From: Octopus vulgaris
Lineage: Eukaryota
Direction of reading: 5' to 3'
DNA: 64,000 nt
NCBI GenBank assembly: GCA_951406725.2
Contig: OX597818.1
Span: 9,114,001-9,178,000 of the forward strand
Made by a program: the position numbers and the translations under genes. Positions within the stretch are counted from its first letter, which is position 1. Each line of letters begins with the position of its first letter. This document shows, in pieces, positions 27,277 through 43,073 of the stretch. The notes beneath the pieces are model-generated. The model was not told the origin of the DNA. It made no database searches and saw only the letters and a program-made list of their open reading frames with translations.

Positions 27277-30200
27277 CATATATTTACACACACATAGACA
27301 TTACCTAAACTGCAGAAGATCTATGTCAAACATGAATGGGTAGGCATATCATCAGATGCAGTCCTTTGGTCACAGTCACGTCATGCCTTGAGACTATGTT
27401 CACTTTTGTAATGTTACGTTGTGATTTAAAGATTTCTCTCCACAGTAGTCCTTCTTTTCAGTTGTTTCTATATTTCACGTTCCTCCCTCTCCCCCTTCTC
27501 TCTCTCCCTGACTCACTATTTTCTCTCACTCTCTCCCTCGATATTTCTGACGTGTTTAAACGAATGTTTTAACCCTAACTCCAAATATTCTACAACTTAA
27601 TCTTTAAACATTCCACTCTCCCTTAGATTCGAAGAATAAATAATAACCAATGAAAGCTAAAAGTTTGGACAAGATTTATAACCGAAGATGATCACTACTA
27701 GAGAAGCTTATGCATTATATAAACACACACACACACACACACATGCAAATATGCATTGCTATATAAACGCATGTTTATATGCACTCATTTTAAAATGCAT
27801 ACTTTTAAAATGGGCCTGCTAAGACACTTATAAGAAAACACTGAGATGCATTTATATAGATACAAATATACTCAAACATACATAAGAAACCAAATTACTT
27901 AATGCTTACAACGAAGTTGCTAAACAATCCATTAACACAAAACAAACAGGGATGCGAGCTAGAAGTAATAAAAAAGAGGCTGATGTATCTTAACAACCAA
28001 ACAACACTTTAGAAGATCACTTGAAAAATCACAATAGATCAATCTGTTTTGTTTGTATACATTTATTTAATTTCCTTAACATTTTCAGAATCTATTGTAA
28101 GGATTGGCTGGTTCGTCGTGTTAATCTTATGTTAGAAGCTACAACCTTCATACTGATGTTGCCATGTACTTTACAATAACTGACATGATAAAAACAAAAC
28201 CCACTAAAACCTAAAAATAAACTATAGGAATTTCGGAATCTCTTTCAATTCCTTAACAACTCCCCTCTTCTCATCCTTCTTCTCCTGTCAACAGAGATAA
28301 ATTAATTCTATTTGGTTAATGCCAGTTTGAACTTAAGCCCTTTACTCTAAACAAAAATTAAAACAAAACAGGAGTGGCTACGTTTTACCTTCCACATCAT
28401 CCTTCTTTAACAATAACAAATCTTTCAAGACATTTAATGAAAGATTTTAAAAAAATGTTCGTATCATTAATTCCTTTATAGTGGGCTCAAAGACAGAAAT
28501 ATAAGATTGTTTTATTTTTTTGTAAGAGAAAAAATTTAAAAATTTGAAAATCAATTGTCTTTTGGTTAATCTTTCTTAAATCTGACTGGATAAAAAATAA
28601 AAACGTCATTTAGTTTAAGAAAATGTATTTATCTTCAAATTTGTCTCATAGTTGTGTGAGGTGGAAGTAAAAAATAGAAAATTTTTTCATTTTCAATTTT
28701 CTCATAAAAATAACGAAATGAACTCTATTTCGCATTTCTTGTTACTCTCTTGCTTTTAGGAATATTTTCACCGGCGTATTATACATGTGTATATAGACGT
28801 TTCTTCACATCCTTGGCGTATATTTCTCATTCCATTGTTATATATTCTTTTCATCCTTGCTGAATATTTATGTTATACTTAGTTCAATATTTTTTGTTTA
28901 GTTGTTAACGTTCTTGCTAACTTGTCAGGGTTCATTAATTTCTTGTATTTCTCCCGTTGCTTTTGAGTTGTCTTTGCGTGCTTGCTGCATATTCATGAAA
29001 TAGTGATGGAATATATCTTGCATTCTGGCCTGCATTTTCTCAAGTATTGCCATTGCAACACATGTTTGCATACATCATATTTTAGGCAGAATTTTTTATA
29101 TGCTATTCATGAATTCTTCACAGCGAATGATTTTTGTATCTTTAAAAAATTGACTCGAATAATTCCTTTCTTTGCCCAGAGTTTCAATGCAGTGTCATGT
29201 TTTACCTTGCATTCATTGATTATACCACTCGTAAGTCTTAGAATATGCGTTATGTCAAATCTAATTCCGTGATGAAGAGTTAAAGCCTTATAAAGTAAGA
29301 AATAAACACACTTTTATCCAATCGATTTTTATCTATAAAGAAAATGTTATTCCTGTGAACAGCTGTCTCTTTTTTAACTTCAGAATAAGAAAAAAAACTT
29401 GTTTTATCTCATGTTTGTGTACTGTTTCTGAATTCTAGTCCCCACTTTCATTAAAAAATGAGGTACATGATGATTATTGAAAATATGCACCTCCTCACTT
29501 CCTCATTTTCTGTTAAGGTCGTTATTCCAATCTTCCGCATTCTTGTTAGGATTGCTATAACAAAGTTACTAATACTATTGAATTATTTTATGTCTTTTCA
29601 CAGCGCTTATTTTAATTGCAAAATAATCCTTTCATCATTTTACGACTTAAGCTTCAAGTCGTGATTGGAAACACTTATTACTAGGCCGGAATAATGCTAT
29701 ACTTTTACAATCAGTCAATATGTATGTCAATCAGATCTTATAAATTCCTTCGTGTGAGATGGCTAGCACCATCATCACTATCACAACTGTCTCTTCAAAT
29801 TATTTCATTTTTTCTTTACAAGCATACACTTCCAATGCAAAGTATGTATGTGTATGCATGCAATATGTGTGTATACACTATGGGCATTTATGTAAATATA
29901 TTTCTGCTTATTCTTGGCAATGCAAATAAACCATATTACTAAAATTCAGCCAAAGCAGCATTGCTTTCTATACTGGAAGTAATGGCAGAACGCTTTTGAG
30001 CAATTTATCATCTGTTTATTGAATTAGTGTTGACAGCAAAGCGAACAAGCCCAGGACAGTTAGTCAGGAGAAATTTTCAGGTGAATGGTTAAACACAAGA
30101 TCTCATGCAGCCAATAAGATATCGAGAGAGGCATCAAACAAAGAAATAGCAGAGCTTTATTTTAGCTTATTGCTAGTTTCCCGTAGCAACAAAGAAGCAT

Positions 30201-30789
30201 TTCTATTTAAATTTTGCGTCGAAGAAATAAATAGATTAGGTCGAAAATGAAAACCAAACACGAGCAAAGAGTATTAATTAATGATGAAGCAATGAGTAAT
30301 CGAAAGAGCGAAAACTGGCTATCGTGGTAATAAATTGCGCAATGGCATATCGAAACCAAGAGGCATTTATCAATTTCACCTGTCTCTTGGCAACTCAGGA
30401 ATCTCCCGCAAAAACAAACAAGCAAACAAAAATTATTCGGATTTTCACGATGGTTATAATTTTCGTGGCACCCAGGATTCGTTATTTGTGTCGTTATTTT
30501 TCCTTTTTTCGTAACTGTTGCGTTTTTACCGGTAATGTTTTTGTTCAGGACAAATCTGCATTCGAACTACGACCCATCAAATTCTTTTGTCTTATCTAGG
30601 TCTTCATGATATCCCCCGATTGAAAGAAAATACAGTGTGATCTGATACTGCGATTTTACAATGTACTGCATCCCTACTCACAAGAAATGCAATTGCTAAC
30701 ATCATCCGAAGGAATTTAATGTATTGCTTGTATTTCATAGTTGATTTTTAGATTTTTATTATTATTTAGGAGCGGATAAAGAAGTAAAA

Positions 30790-31700
30790 ATGAGTTTAAC
30801 GCGAAGGATTTGTTTAAACAATGCAAATAGATTTGACTACATGTCAGATGAATATACTATGGGAAGTCATAGCAAAATATGACTGTTTTATTTTTGAGGG
30901 AAGTGTGGAGATCAAAATAAATCATCAGGTCCCCATAACTTATGCAAGTTTATGTAGAATACTTTGGTAATGCCTACATGGACAGAGAAAACCATTAAAC
31001 CTCGAGTGCCTATAATGCATTGATCTAAGGATGGCGAATTTCGTTCATGGATAGTAAATTTGGTCCACGAAATATATTAGCTTCATGTGCTTATGGGACA
31101 TTAGACAAAAGCAAAAAACCATGGATAAAGTGACATGGACTTCACAGGTCATAACTGACGTAACAATAGCGAACATAGCAGCAAACCGTCAATTCAAAGA
31201 GAAAACTTCACTTTCCGTCCCCTCACTCCATATTAAATTTGGACAGTGGAAGAAATTTATTATGGCTTTGGAAAAAGATGGTGATTGCTCCAAGTACATT
31301 TTGAGATCGTTCCTGTGCTTAACATTGAAACATTCAAGAGGAATTTTCATTCTTACTCATATTCCTAAACATATCCTAGATTCTTTTCAGAAATAAATGA
31401 ATTCATGTTGAAACTTCTGCTTGGCGTTTTTATCGCTCATCTATGGAAAACAGGCTGTTACGAAGAATTGGTGCAAAGGATAGTGTCTGATTTTTAAAAT
31501 AGAATTATCAATATGACCATAGCGAATTGAACACGTTTCTAGAGGATAATGGCAATTTCAGTGAGGTTATAAAGCTGATTATGGAAAAGTAACATGGCAG
31601 ATTGCACATGTCTTCCAGTGTATACTACTGCTGGAACATTTAGCAAGATAATCTTGCTAAACGACTCACTAAAAATATACACACAGATTTTATTGAAGGA
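30790..31700 (+). mobile_element. Chapaev3-like transposase remnant, heavily decayed and deleted
   Basis: MSLTRRICLNNAN.F, GDQNKS.GPH.LCK and PSLHIKFGQWKKFIMALEKDGDC (compare PPLHIKLGLMK.FVKAL). Confidence 0.65.
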
Positions 31701-31984
31701 TTAATATATTTCGCTATACTTAATTAGCTAAAATTAGTCTATTGCGTTTTACACTATTATTGCATGAGATACTATCAAATATTTGGATGTTTCTATTTTC
31801 AAACTTTGCGTTGATAGACAATGATACGTTTTCCTGACCATTCATGTGAATATACGTTTCTGTTGTATAATAAATCTAGCATTAAATATGAAATATATCA
31901 CGCTAACTAATGCTCAAAAAATAAATCAGTTAAGCAACTACAATGTCATAAAAGCAGTGGGGCTTAAAAGTAGCTACTGTATCT

Positions 31985-32140
31985 GTTTTGGCATGTGTTT
32001 TACAGTTGGGTGCCTTTCCTAACACCAACCACTCTGCTGAGTGGACTTTTTACATGGCACTAGCTCAAGCAACGTTAGTTTTGACATGGTTTTTACAGCT
32101 GGATGCCCTTCCAAATGCCAACCATTTTACAGTGTGGACT
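31985..32140. repeat. Two ~60-bp direct repeats of a SINE/LINE 3'-type motif
   Basis: TTTTACAGYTGGRTGCCYTTCCWAAYRCCAACCA..GTGGACT occurs at ~31997 and ~32091. Confidence 0.6.
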
Positions 32141-32465
32141 AGATGTTTAAATTTTGAGTTTATCAAACAAATTCAGACCTAGACACACAACTTTTCTTTA
32201 AAATCATTCCAATAAGTTTCGCAACAACAATGTTGCTCACCAGTGCTATAGCTAGATAGTCACTATCGTTTACATTTTAGATACTGACAAATTATATCCC
32301 TAACAAAATTGTGGGATATATGTCATATTTACTGGAAATGTGGTTTCAGTCTCATGGACTACCTCAGACATTTGTATCTAAACAATTAGTTTTCAACTCA
32401 ATAACTACATGTTATTTCATAGAGATTTCGGCGCTTCAAGATTCCATGTTCTCTTCAAATTTTAT

Positions 32466-32510
32466 GAATTATATACATATACATATGTATGTATATACAC
32501 ACACACACAT

Positions 32511-32545
<35 letters not shown>

Positions 32546-32556
32546 CGTGTGTATAA

Positions 32557-32628
<72 letters not shown>

Positions 32629-32632
32629 GGAG
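32466..32632. repeat. (CA)n/(TA)n/(GA)n compound dinucleotide microsatellite
   Basis: Direct reading. Confidence 0.95.
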
Positions 32633-33117
32633 ATAAATATATAGATAGATATGTAATTATGCATTATTAGATGCGCTTAGTGTTTTGACTTGCAGCCTTG
32701 CTCTGGACTTTAAAATATCAAACCTTGTTATGACAGGAATGACAGAGAAGCGACATTTTACAGATATTGAAAATCAATTAGAGGCAGATAGGCAATTATT
32801 GTGATAAATAAAAAAAAAAAAAACATTGGCTACGTCTTCTATATTTGGACATTCTGGAGGGAACAGAGTTAACTGTACTGTCATCAGTAATGTAGTTATT
32901 GATATATTTCTCAGCAAGCAAATATTCGCACTCTAAAATGTTTTCTGACGCGGGATTCTACTCTGTTTCATTAGTTGTTGCCAACACTATGTATTTGTGA
33001 ATCTATCTAGATATTTCTTGCATGTCTCTTTTTCCCTTGTTTTCGTTTTAGTCGATACAATATTTTTTTAATAAAAGATTCAATCCGATGCTTCGAATAT
33101 AAACACAAATACAATTA

Positions 33118-33163
<46 letters not shown>

Positions 33164-33362
33164 AACATACACGTTCATGTTCTTTTATCCTTTATAGCAA
33201 CTCATATAAATAGCGTTAAAATATATTTATATGCACGTATATGTATATATAATATTCTATATAGATATATGTGTATGTATAATATATATTTATATATATA
33301 TGTGCATGTATGTATGTATGTATGTATGTATGTATATATATATATATACATGCATACATACA

Positions 33363-33395
<33 letters not shown>

Positions 33396-33442
33396 GTGTG
33401 TGTGTAAATGAGGATATATATAAGTATATATTTATAACATAC

Positions 33443-34465
33443 CAGCTGTAATACCCGTTATTGATCGGGTAATTACTTTTACTTTTTCTTCAGAATCACA
33501 TTCAAAGTGTTATTATATATATAGATTCACTCCTGTATGTGTTATTTTATATATTGATACAGTAATGGCAAGTATATAAGACACAAGCCTTTGATCGACA
33601 CAGAGCTGTAATGAAACTGAAATGCCCAACATGCCGCACAGTAAGACTGTACCCAAGCCGACATTGTTGGGAGGGAATCTTCTCGACCACAGAGCTACGC
33701 CTATAAAGGAGATATGTATTTTGGATAATATACTCCTTGATTCCATACGCTTAACAAAAAGATCGGATGATTAAGGCGGGAAGACCTATGATTTTATTAT
33801 TTATTCGAGCAAGGCAACAATTAACAACGCTACACCATACAGGGTGTTCCAGAATTAACTATCTGTTTCAATGAAATTGAACAAATTAAAAAAAATCTCT
33901 CACACAATTTTGTGTTTATTACCAAAGCAAACAGATTTATAAATCTTACGTCAATCTTTTTTGACAATGTTGAACATGACTGTATGCCTGCTTACTTCGA
34001 ATCTCTCCTTAGCGTTCAGGAAATACTATACGCTACTTATAATGCAGAAGTAGTATCAATATCTTATCGTCGGAAAATGGCTAAAAACAACGATAAAACC
34101 CAGCACAGTATACTGAAATCTGGGTAATCTGTATTTTGGGGTGACCCATAGTCGGCGTCAGAATTTTCTTTTAGTCAACAGCAATTCGTGAAGCTTGATT
34201 AATGTTTGTTGCGAATTTGGAGGAAAACAACTGGATTATCTTCAAGTTATTGACCTTAACGCTACGAAAATGCTTTTAAAATGCGGTTTATCTGTCTCTG
34301 GGCCCACATCAGGCAAGAAGCTGGAAATTCCTTTGGCCCATGATATTCTATGGACTCTATGTAATGCATGTGCAAAATTTAATTAAAATCGGTTGTGTGG
34401 CTCTTGAGTTTTAACGAAATGACAAACGCACAGACAGACACAGATCCTGTGTTTTATATATATAC
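33443..34465 (+). mobile_element. Helentron/HINE-like non-autonomous element, decayed, with a nested SINE
   Basis: 5' CAGCTGTAATACCCG..CGGGT hairpin. 3' AAATTTAATTAAAATCGG...ACAGACAGACAC..TTTTATATATATA, typical of HINE/DINE-like ends. Confidence 0.45.
33582..33705 (-). mobile_element. SINE S2 (tRNA head plus CORE-like body), decayed
   Basis: Minus strand GGCGTAGCTCTGTGGTCGAGAAG..CCCAAC...GGGTACAGTC..ACTGTGCGGCATGTTGGGCA. Confidence 0.55.
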
Positions 34466-35454
34466 TAGCTTAAGGTGATACGCTCTACGCGCGGGTGAGG
34501 GTGCGTTTATTACTTTCTGTTGCTTCCTTTCTGTTACTTATCGCCACATTATCCCTCTTTGTTTCTCTCTCCTTTATCTCGCACTTTCCCACTCTCTTAC
34601 TCTTCCTTTCTCTCGGACGGTCCCTCGCTTTCTCTTACTCTCTATCCTTCTCTATCTATTTCTCTCGCGTTTATAAAAAAAATATAAGACCTTGAGTAAG
34701 TTGAGAAAGAAAATATTTTGAAAGAAGTTTAACTTCTGTTACCTTTCGTCACTGCTTTTCTTTATCCCATTCAGATGTAGACACTAATATATCGACGAGC
34801 TTGTGGCCATGGGATTTCTACCTCGCCTCACTACTACTTCAAAGCTTATTGGATATTTTAGATTTGCAGCCAAGTACCGGAGCTAGATACCTTGAAGTGC
34901 ATTAAGGAATTAACTTATGCCTCCTATACCTTGTTGACTTGTATGCTTATCTCTGTTGTGCCTGCTACTTCATGTGTGAGCAAGGAATAATTTACGTTTG
35001 TTAACCAAAAGCATTACTTTCTGATTTTTATCTTTACCTTTATGTAAAACATACATTTATACGTTTCAAACCTTCTTACATGCACACATCTAAATAAACT
35101 TCCTAAACTGGTCACTACTACAGCGACAAACAGTCACTGCTACTACTGCTATTTCTGCTGCTGATCATTTTCACAATTACAGCCAACGAATCTACTGAAC
35201 GCACAACACAGCCATTATGCCACCCCCCACACACAACACATCACCACGTGGACTCTGTTAAGACTAGTAAGAAACAATTATGAAGTTTTTTATTACACTT
35301 AACTTTTAATAAAGTTTTTGATATGGTTCGTTTTTTCAAGAAGAACCGAAACATGTAAAATCTCTAAGAAAATAAAAATTTATCTTATATAGTGGTGTTT
35401 TCAAACTTCTTTTTTATAAATATATACCCACTCGTTTGCCACCTACACTTATTA

Positions 35455-35457
<3 letters not shown>
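34463..35457 (+). mobile_element. Second Helentron/HINE-like element
   Basis: Starts TACTAG...ACGCTCTACGCGCGGGT, has an internal (CT)-rich tract and ends in (TA)n. The right boundary is uncertain. Confidence 0.35.
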
Positions 35458-35537
<80 letters not shown>

Positions 35538-35545
<8 letters not shown>

Positions 35546-35838
35546 ATACAGTGTACATTCAAACACATAAGAGATACACCCAAAATAGGATATCTGATTC
35601 ACTAGAAAGAGCAGTTAAACTCCAAGCCACTAACTGTTGTAATTCCGAAAGTGATTGAAAAATAAAAACTTTTACCTTATTATCCTACATTATCCTAAGG
35701 TAAATGTTTTTTATTTTTCAATCACTTTCGGAATTACAACAATTAGTGGCTTGGAGTTTAACTGCTCTTTCTAGTGAGTCAGATATCCTATCTTTTGGGT
35801 ATCTCTTATGTGTTTGAATGTACACTGTATTCTTCTCT
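35538..35838. repeat. Long near-perfect inverted repeat (~142-bp arms, 16-nt loop)
   Basis: 35538-35679 is the reverse complement of 35696-35838 with only a few mismatches or indels. Confidence 0.95.
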
Positions 35839-35944
35839 GAATAATGTATAGTCTATTGACTAAATTTTTTCCTTCTCGCTAGACCACTGGTAGCTAAGAA
35901 TCTTTTCGATAAATATTCTTATTATCCTAAGATTTTAATTAATG

Positions 35945-36008
<64 letters not shown>

Positions 36009-36030
36009 AATGTATATATGTAAATATTTA

Positions 36031-36750
<720 letters not shown>

Positions 36751-36893
36751 ATTAATAGGATTTACATAATTTTGATTCGGTTCCATGCTGCTTAACGTTT
36801 CTTCTGTTTGTTACAGGAACTATTAGCAAATACATTGGGTACCCCTCTCTTTCATTTATCCACTCACTTGTATCTTCCTCTCTCTCCCTCTCT

Positions 36894-36925
<32 letters not shown>

Positions 36926-36968
36926 GTATATCTATCTATCTATCTATCTATATATATATATATATATA

Positions 36969-37736
36969 CAGGGTATGGTCAATAAGTATCCGGAGTGTTG
37001 CCAAAGTGACAAAGCTAAACCACGCAGTGTGAAGCCACTTGGCAAGGATTGACGTTGAAATTAGTTGTGCATGCGCACTGAGTTTTAACGTTGCAGAAAG
37101 TGTATAGAGAGCAGTATGAGCCGCACGCAAATGTACGAGTGGTTCAGATGACTTTAAGATCGCCGAAAAACTGTCGATATTAGCGAACGTTCTGGGAGAT
37201 CCTCAACAAGCAGAGCTGAGGAAAACCTCGCATATGTGAGTGCACCCAGAGGGGAAATCATCGAACAACCATCAGTGAGTTATCAGAGGCTGTGCAGATT
37301 AGTTGTGGTTCACTTCAGTCCATTATCATTGAAGATATGAGACGCGCGTCTGTCAAGTTTGTGCCAAAACCGCTTTCAGCTGACCAAAAAGACTCTCGAG
37401 TTTCCGGTGCACGAGATCTCTCTGATAGTGTCGAGAATGATGAATACTATTTAAAAAGGTTGCGTAGGTCTCTGAGCAGGTATCGTCAAGCTTTTGATAA
37501 GATTTGATGCAGATTTTTTGCGAAACTTCCTCTGTCATGGTCAATGCGACGATCACGTGCTACACATCTTCATTCCAAGTACGGCTGTAAACAACGGAAG
37601 AGAGCTAGAACGATAAAATCTCGTGCACATAGGCAGCAGAGTTCATGGTCAATTTGGGCCAAGCGGCTTCATCCCGCGTGCTTTGGCTTCGTTACTACTG
37701 GAACATTTAGGTTATACTTACTGATCAGACCAACTG
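36969..37736. mobile_element. Mariner-derived MITE-like element with ~120-bp diverged inverted ends and rearranged transposase N-terminus
   Basis: TA|CAGGG...CTG|TA within (TA)n, and the ends align as inverted repeats. Plus strand: LQKVY..MSRTQMYEWF..ERSGR.ST..KFVPKPLSADQK. Minus strand: MTEEVSQKICIK..QKL.DTCSETYA. Confidence 0.85.
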
Positions 37737-38789
37737 TATATATATATTAAATTCTTAGGAGAGATATAGCTAGTGACTACGAAATCAATAATACCTACTG
37801 AATTCAGAGACTTCCTAGCATTAGTACATATGTGGAGGAGTTGATATGTTGACTCAGTCGTCGATGCACTCGCTCAAGTGTGTGCATCAAGTCATGAAAG
37901 GAATCTCAGATGAAGAAATTTTCGAATGTCTTAAAATCTTCCTATTAGATTTGATTGTAGTACCCCGCATCAGTTTCTTTTGTTCTCTGTTCCACAAACC
38001 TAGTGTTTATATGTTTAAGTTATATAGCCTAATGCTCCTATGTCGGTAAGATCAAATGAGAACATATAGTCAGTGTACAAGTGCTGTAAGTTTTGCATTA
38101 ATGTACAATGACTTTTATTCCATGACTTATTCCATCTCCCACAGGAAGATATTCAGGCCATTTTACTTGTACTAAATTGCTATTTGTATGTACCACAAGC
38201 GTTCTTTGTTTTTAAATATGTGCATACATGCTGGTTCTGAGATGTCTTTGATATAAGCAACACGGCTTTTCTGCAATTAGCGTTTTAAATAGCCTTCGCA
38301 ATCATATCATGCCTCAGGGCAAGTAGTATCTCGTTGACATTTTAAGGAAGCTATGTATGTTAGTATGTATGTAATATACATGTATGTATGTATGCACGAA
38401 ATGCATGCATACATATATATGTATATGTTTATGTGTGTATGTGTGTTTATATGTACATCTTGACTATGAATAAGTAGTTATGCAGAAATCTTATGCAATG
38501 TGTATACTAAAGTTGTAATTCATTAAGTCTCTCTTTATGAAAGGACATATAGCACCTAGTTATGATGATCTAATTGATCAATTTTAGCTTACTTGAATTC
38601 ATTTGACGGTCGATTATTTCATCTCGAATATTTTATACCAATATTATAGGGAAAGGTAAAAGACTCAAGATTAAATGCAAGGTATACATAATTGCGTGTT
38701 TAAATGACTGAAATAAGAAGTAATTAAAAATGCGATGTTTCATGTGAAACAACCTAATAATTGCATTTAACGATAAAAATAGTATATGA

Positions 38790-39365
38790 AAAAATTGGTG
38801 TAGGGATAAAACATTGTAATGAAGAATACGAGCATGTGGAAGAATATTGTTTCAGCGTAAGTAGATTTGGGGAGCAGGTTATAAGGACAGAACAGAGATA
38901 GTTTACGGACTGGTGTAGAATAAGGACAAGGACAGATTGGGCAATAAAACAGAATAGCTCTAGGGAAAGAATCGTGATAGAGATAGCATGGGATTAGGTT
39001 ATAATGGGAATAACAACAAAATGGAAATAAGGGTAGAACGATGGAAGGATAGTGTGGAAAAAAGAATGGAGTAGGAACACAGACAATGTAGAGATGAAGT
39101 TAGTATGGGAATATGATTAACATAGTCTGGGGATTAAGGAATATTTGGGATAACGCCAAATTCGGAAGAAAGATAGAATGAGAATAGGGTTAGTGTGGAG
39201 ATACGTATACAGTGGTGTTAAGGACACTATTGGGACAAATGTAGAACGAGGATAAGGACATAAATGAAATAGGGATGGACTGAGAATAGGAACAATGTGA
39301 ACATAAGGTTAGAAAAATACTGAGGATAGGATGGTGGTAATTAGAGAATGACAATAAAGTTAGTA
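38790..39365. repeat. Degenerate purine-rich minisatellite (GGATAAGGACAGAAT-like units)
   Basis: Recurrent AGAAT/GGATAAGG words with strong purine strand bias. A pyrimidine-rich tract at ~8770-9180 may be analogous. Confidence 0.5.
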
Positions 39366-40094
39366 AAGTGAATGCTATTTGAGATTAGTTTCATTCTTGG
39401 AGTATTATAGATTTGGAAAAACCTGAAATTGGAAATAGTTTTCTGAAATTGTTATTTAGTCTGCAGGTTGCCGAAATATCTCCATACCACCGTCTTCAAT
39501 GAAACATAAATTATTGTATAAATGATTGAATGTGACAATATGCATGGTCCACAGAAATGGAAACTCCACACCATACACCACTAGTTTCATGCTTAATTCT
39601 TGGTTCAGTTCGCTGGCTGCGATAACATTATTAATTTAACTACAGACATTTCCGATAACTCTAGCATAACATATTCAGTTCTCTCATAATGTTTCATGAG
39701 ATCACTAAAATGTATTAAGGCAATTAAATATTTAGATATATCTCTAAATTTGATTTTTATGCCATTTTCAAACTAACTCCACAGAATTCGATGATGACAT
39801 AATCTCAGCGAAAAGAAGCAAGCAGTGCCTGAACCAATTTTTGATAGATTAACTGAGGTGCATACAAGTCTTGACACCATGAGAAATAAATTAGTAGTTT
39901 ATGGAATAGAGTTAAGAAGTTTGTGAGGTGTAAAATAAGCATGCAATGAAAGAGGCTGACGTGGCCGTGTAACGATTTATTATTAGAATTACAACGATCA
40001 TAAACATTCCACCGAACAAACTGATTGGAAAATGCATTATTCACATGCAGCAAGTACAATAGTGGTAATAATGACAGCAGCAACAACAGCACCG

Positions 40095-41299
<1,205 letters not shown>

Positions 41300-41339
41300 C
41301 AACAACAACAACACTAATAATAATAGTAATAATAATGTT

Positions 41340-42975
41340 ATTATATTTGAAAGAGCTTGGATTAAAGGCTATGTAGAGTTTCTTTTAGGGACAGGAAAGA
41401 TTATCAAAAGGGTTCTAATCGCAGGAACGGCTAGTGGATATCTAATAATAAAGGATGCCGATGAGGCTCATATGGATGCAAAGACCAATACTTAATCAAT
41501 CACATGATCCTTGAGAGCTGTCATTATACGCAGATATCTCAGTTCTGCATAGGTTGATTATAAAAAGGCATTCGACAGCACACCGCATTCATGGATCTTG
41601 AAATCAATGGATATTTTCAAAATTTCTCCCGTGATTTCAAGCTTCCTCTAGCCCAACATGTCAATGTGGAATACGAATCTCCAATTATACCACTCTAATG
41701 GAGCACTGACCACAAAAAAATATTAATATCAGCTGCGGCATTTTCCAAGGTGACTCACTTTCATTTTTTATTTTTTGCATAGCCCTAATACTCCTTACAA
41801 GTGAACTCACCAGGTATGGATATAAAATTGGCGACAAGTTGCCTATTTTATGTGGATCACTGAAAATTCTATGGCAAAGACGATAATGAGCTTCAAAGAT
41901 TACTACGCACTGTGAAGCATTCTGGTCTTGATAAATGTACCAAGGCCATTGTCCAGAAAGGAAAACTGAATCTTTCATTCAGAACTGTTGGATGTCGATG
42001 TAGTCATAAAAGAACTTGAGCAGATCAAACTTATAAATACCTCTGAATAAGTAAGGGCTCTCGCACTCAACATGCAGGTATGAAAGAGAAGATAAGGAAG
42101 GAGTATTGCAGAAGAATTCGATCAGTCCGAAAATCCAAGTTTTTAATGCGCGTAAAAAGGTGATAGATATGAATTACTTAGCAGTTCATGTTCTTATTTA
42201 CGGTTTCAATGTGTTGAGCTGGGATATGAGCGAAATAAAGAAGATTGATCGGAAAATCTGTAAGCTGCTGACTTGCAATAAGATGCACCACCCAAAGGCA
42301 GAAGCAAGTCGTCTTTACCTACCTAGAGCTGAAGAAGGTCGAGGCTTGATCCAATTTGAATTCTCCTACAAAACTACCACAATTGGACTGGCAAAATATC
42401 TTCAAACATCAAACGACTGGATGCTAAAGCTCGTTGAAAACCATGAAAGCTTTATTCTGAAGGAAGGCAAAAACTTTTCAAGTGAGTTTATGCATAATAT
42501 CCAGGTTGAACAGCATGAGGGAAGTGCAGCAACTGTAGTTGCAAAGTAAAATACGCTTGAACAATTGGCTGATAGGTGGGAACGAAAACCTCTGCACGGC
42601 AAATATGTGGCCCGTAGCTGACTATCAAAGCAAATAAACCACATATTGCTGTTAAAGACAAAAGCAATAAATTGTGTTTATTGATTGACATGCGCATACA
42701 CTGTGACCATAATATCTCACCAAAAGAATTTGATAAGCTCAGAAAATATACAGATCTGCTAATCGAAAAGATGTGGTAGCTCAAGACGGTCACAATACCA
42801 GTGATTGTTGGCGCACTTGGAAGTATAAAAAAAGGAACAATTATTTAAGAATGATCCCTGGCTTACCACCCATGCAGGAAATGCAAAAGATTGTCTTTAC
42901 TGGTATGTCACACGTATTGTGTCAGGAGGACATTCGGCAAGAAAAGGAAACAATCGAAAGATGTTGATCAAAATA
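41340..42975 (+). mobile_element. R4/Dong-type LINE, family B-like, decayed with internal deletions
   Basis: DYKKAFDS.PH.W, GIFQGDSLS, MHHPKA and KPLHGKY. Collinear with 63090-64000 and 43200-43500. Confidence 0.9.
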
Positions 42976-43073
42976 TTAATAATAATAAAATAATAATAAT
43001 AATGATAATAATAACAATAATAATGATAATAATAATAATAATAATGATAATAATAATAATAATAATAATAATA

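Noticed and set aside
28200-29290. Possible decayed L1/Tx1 ORF2 on minus (LWAKKGIIRV)
   Set aside because: One weak motif in heavily degenerate sequence.
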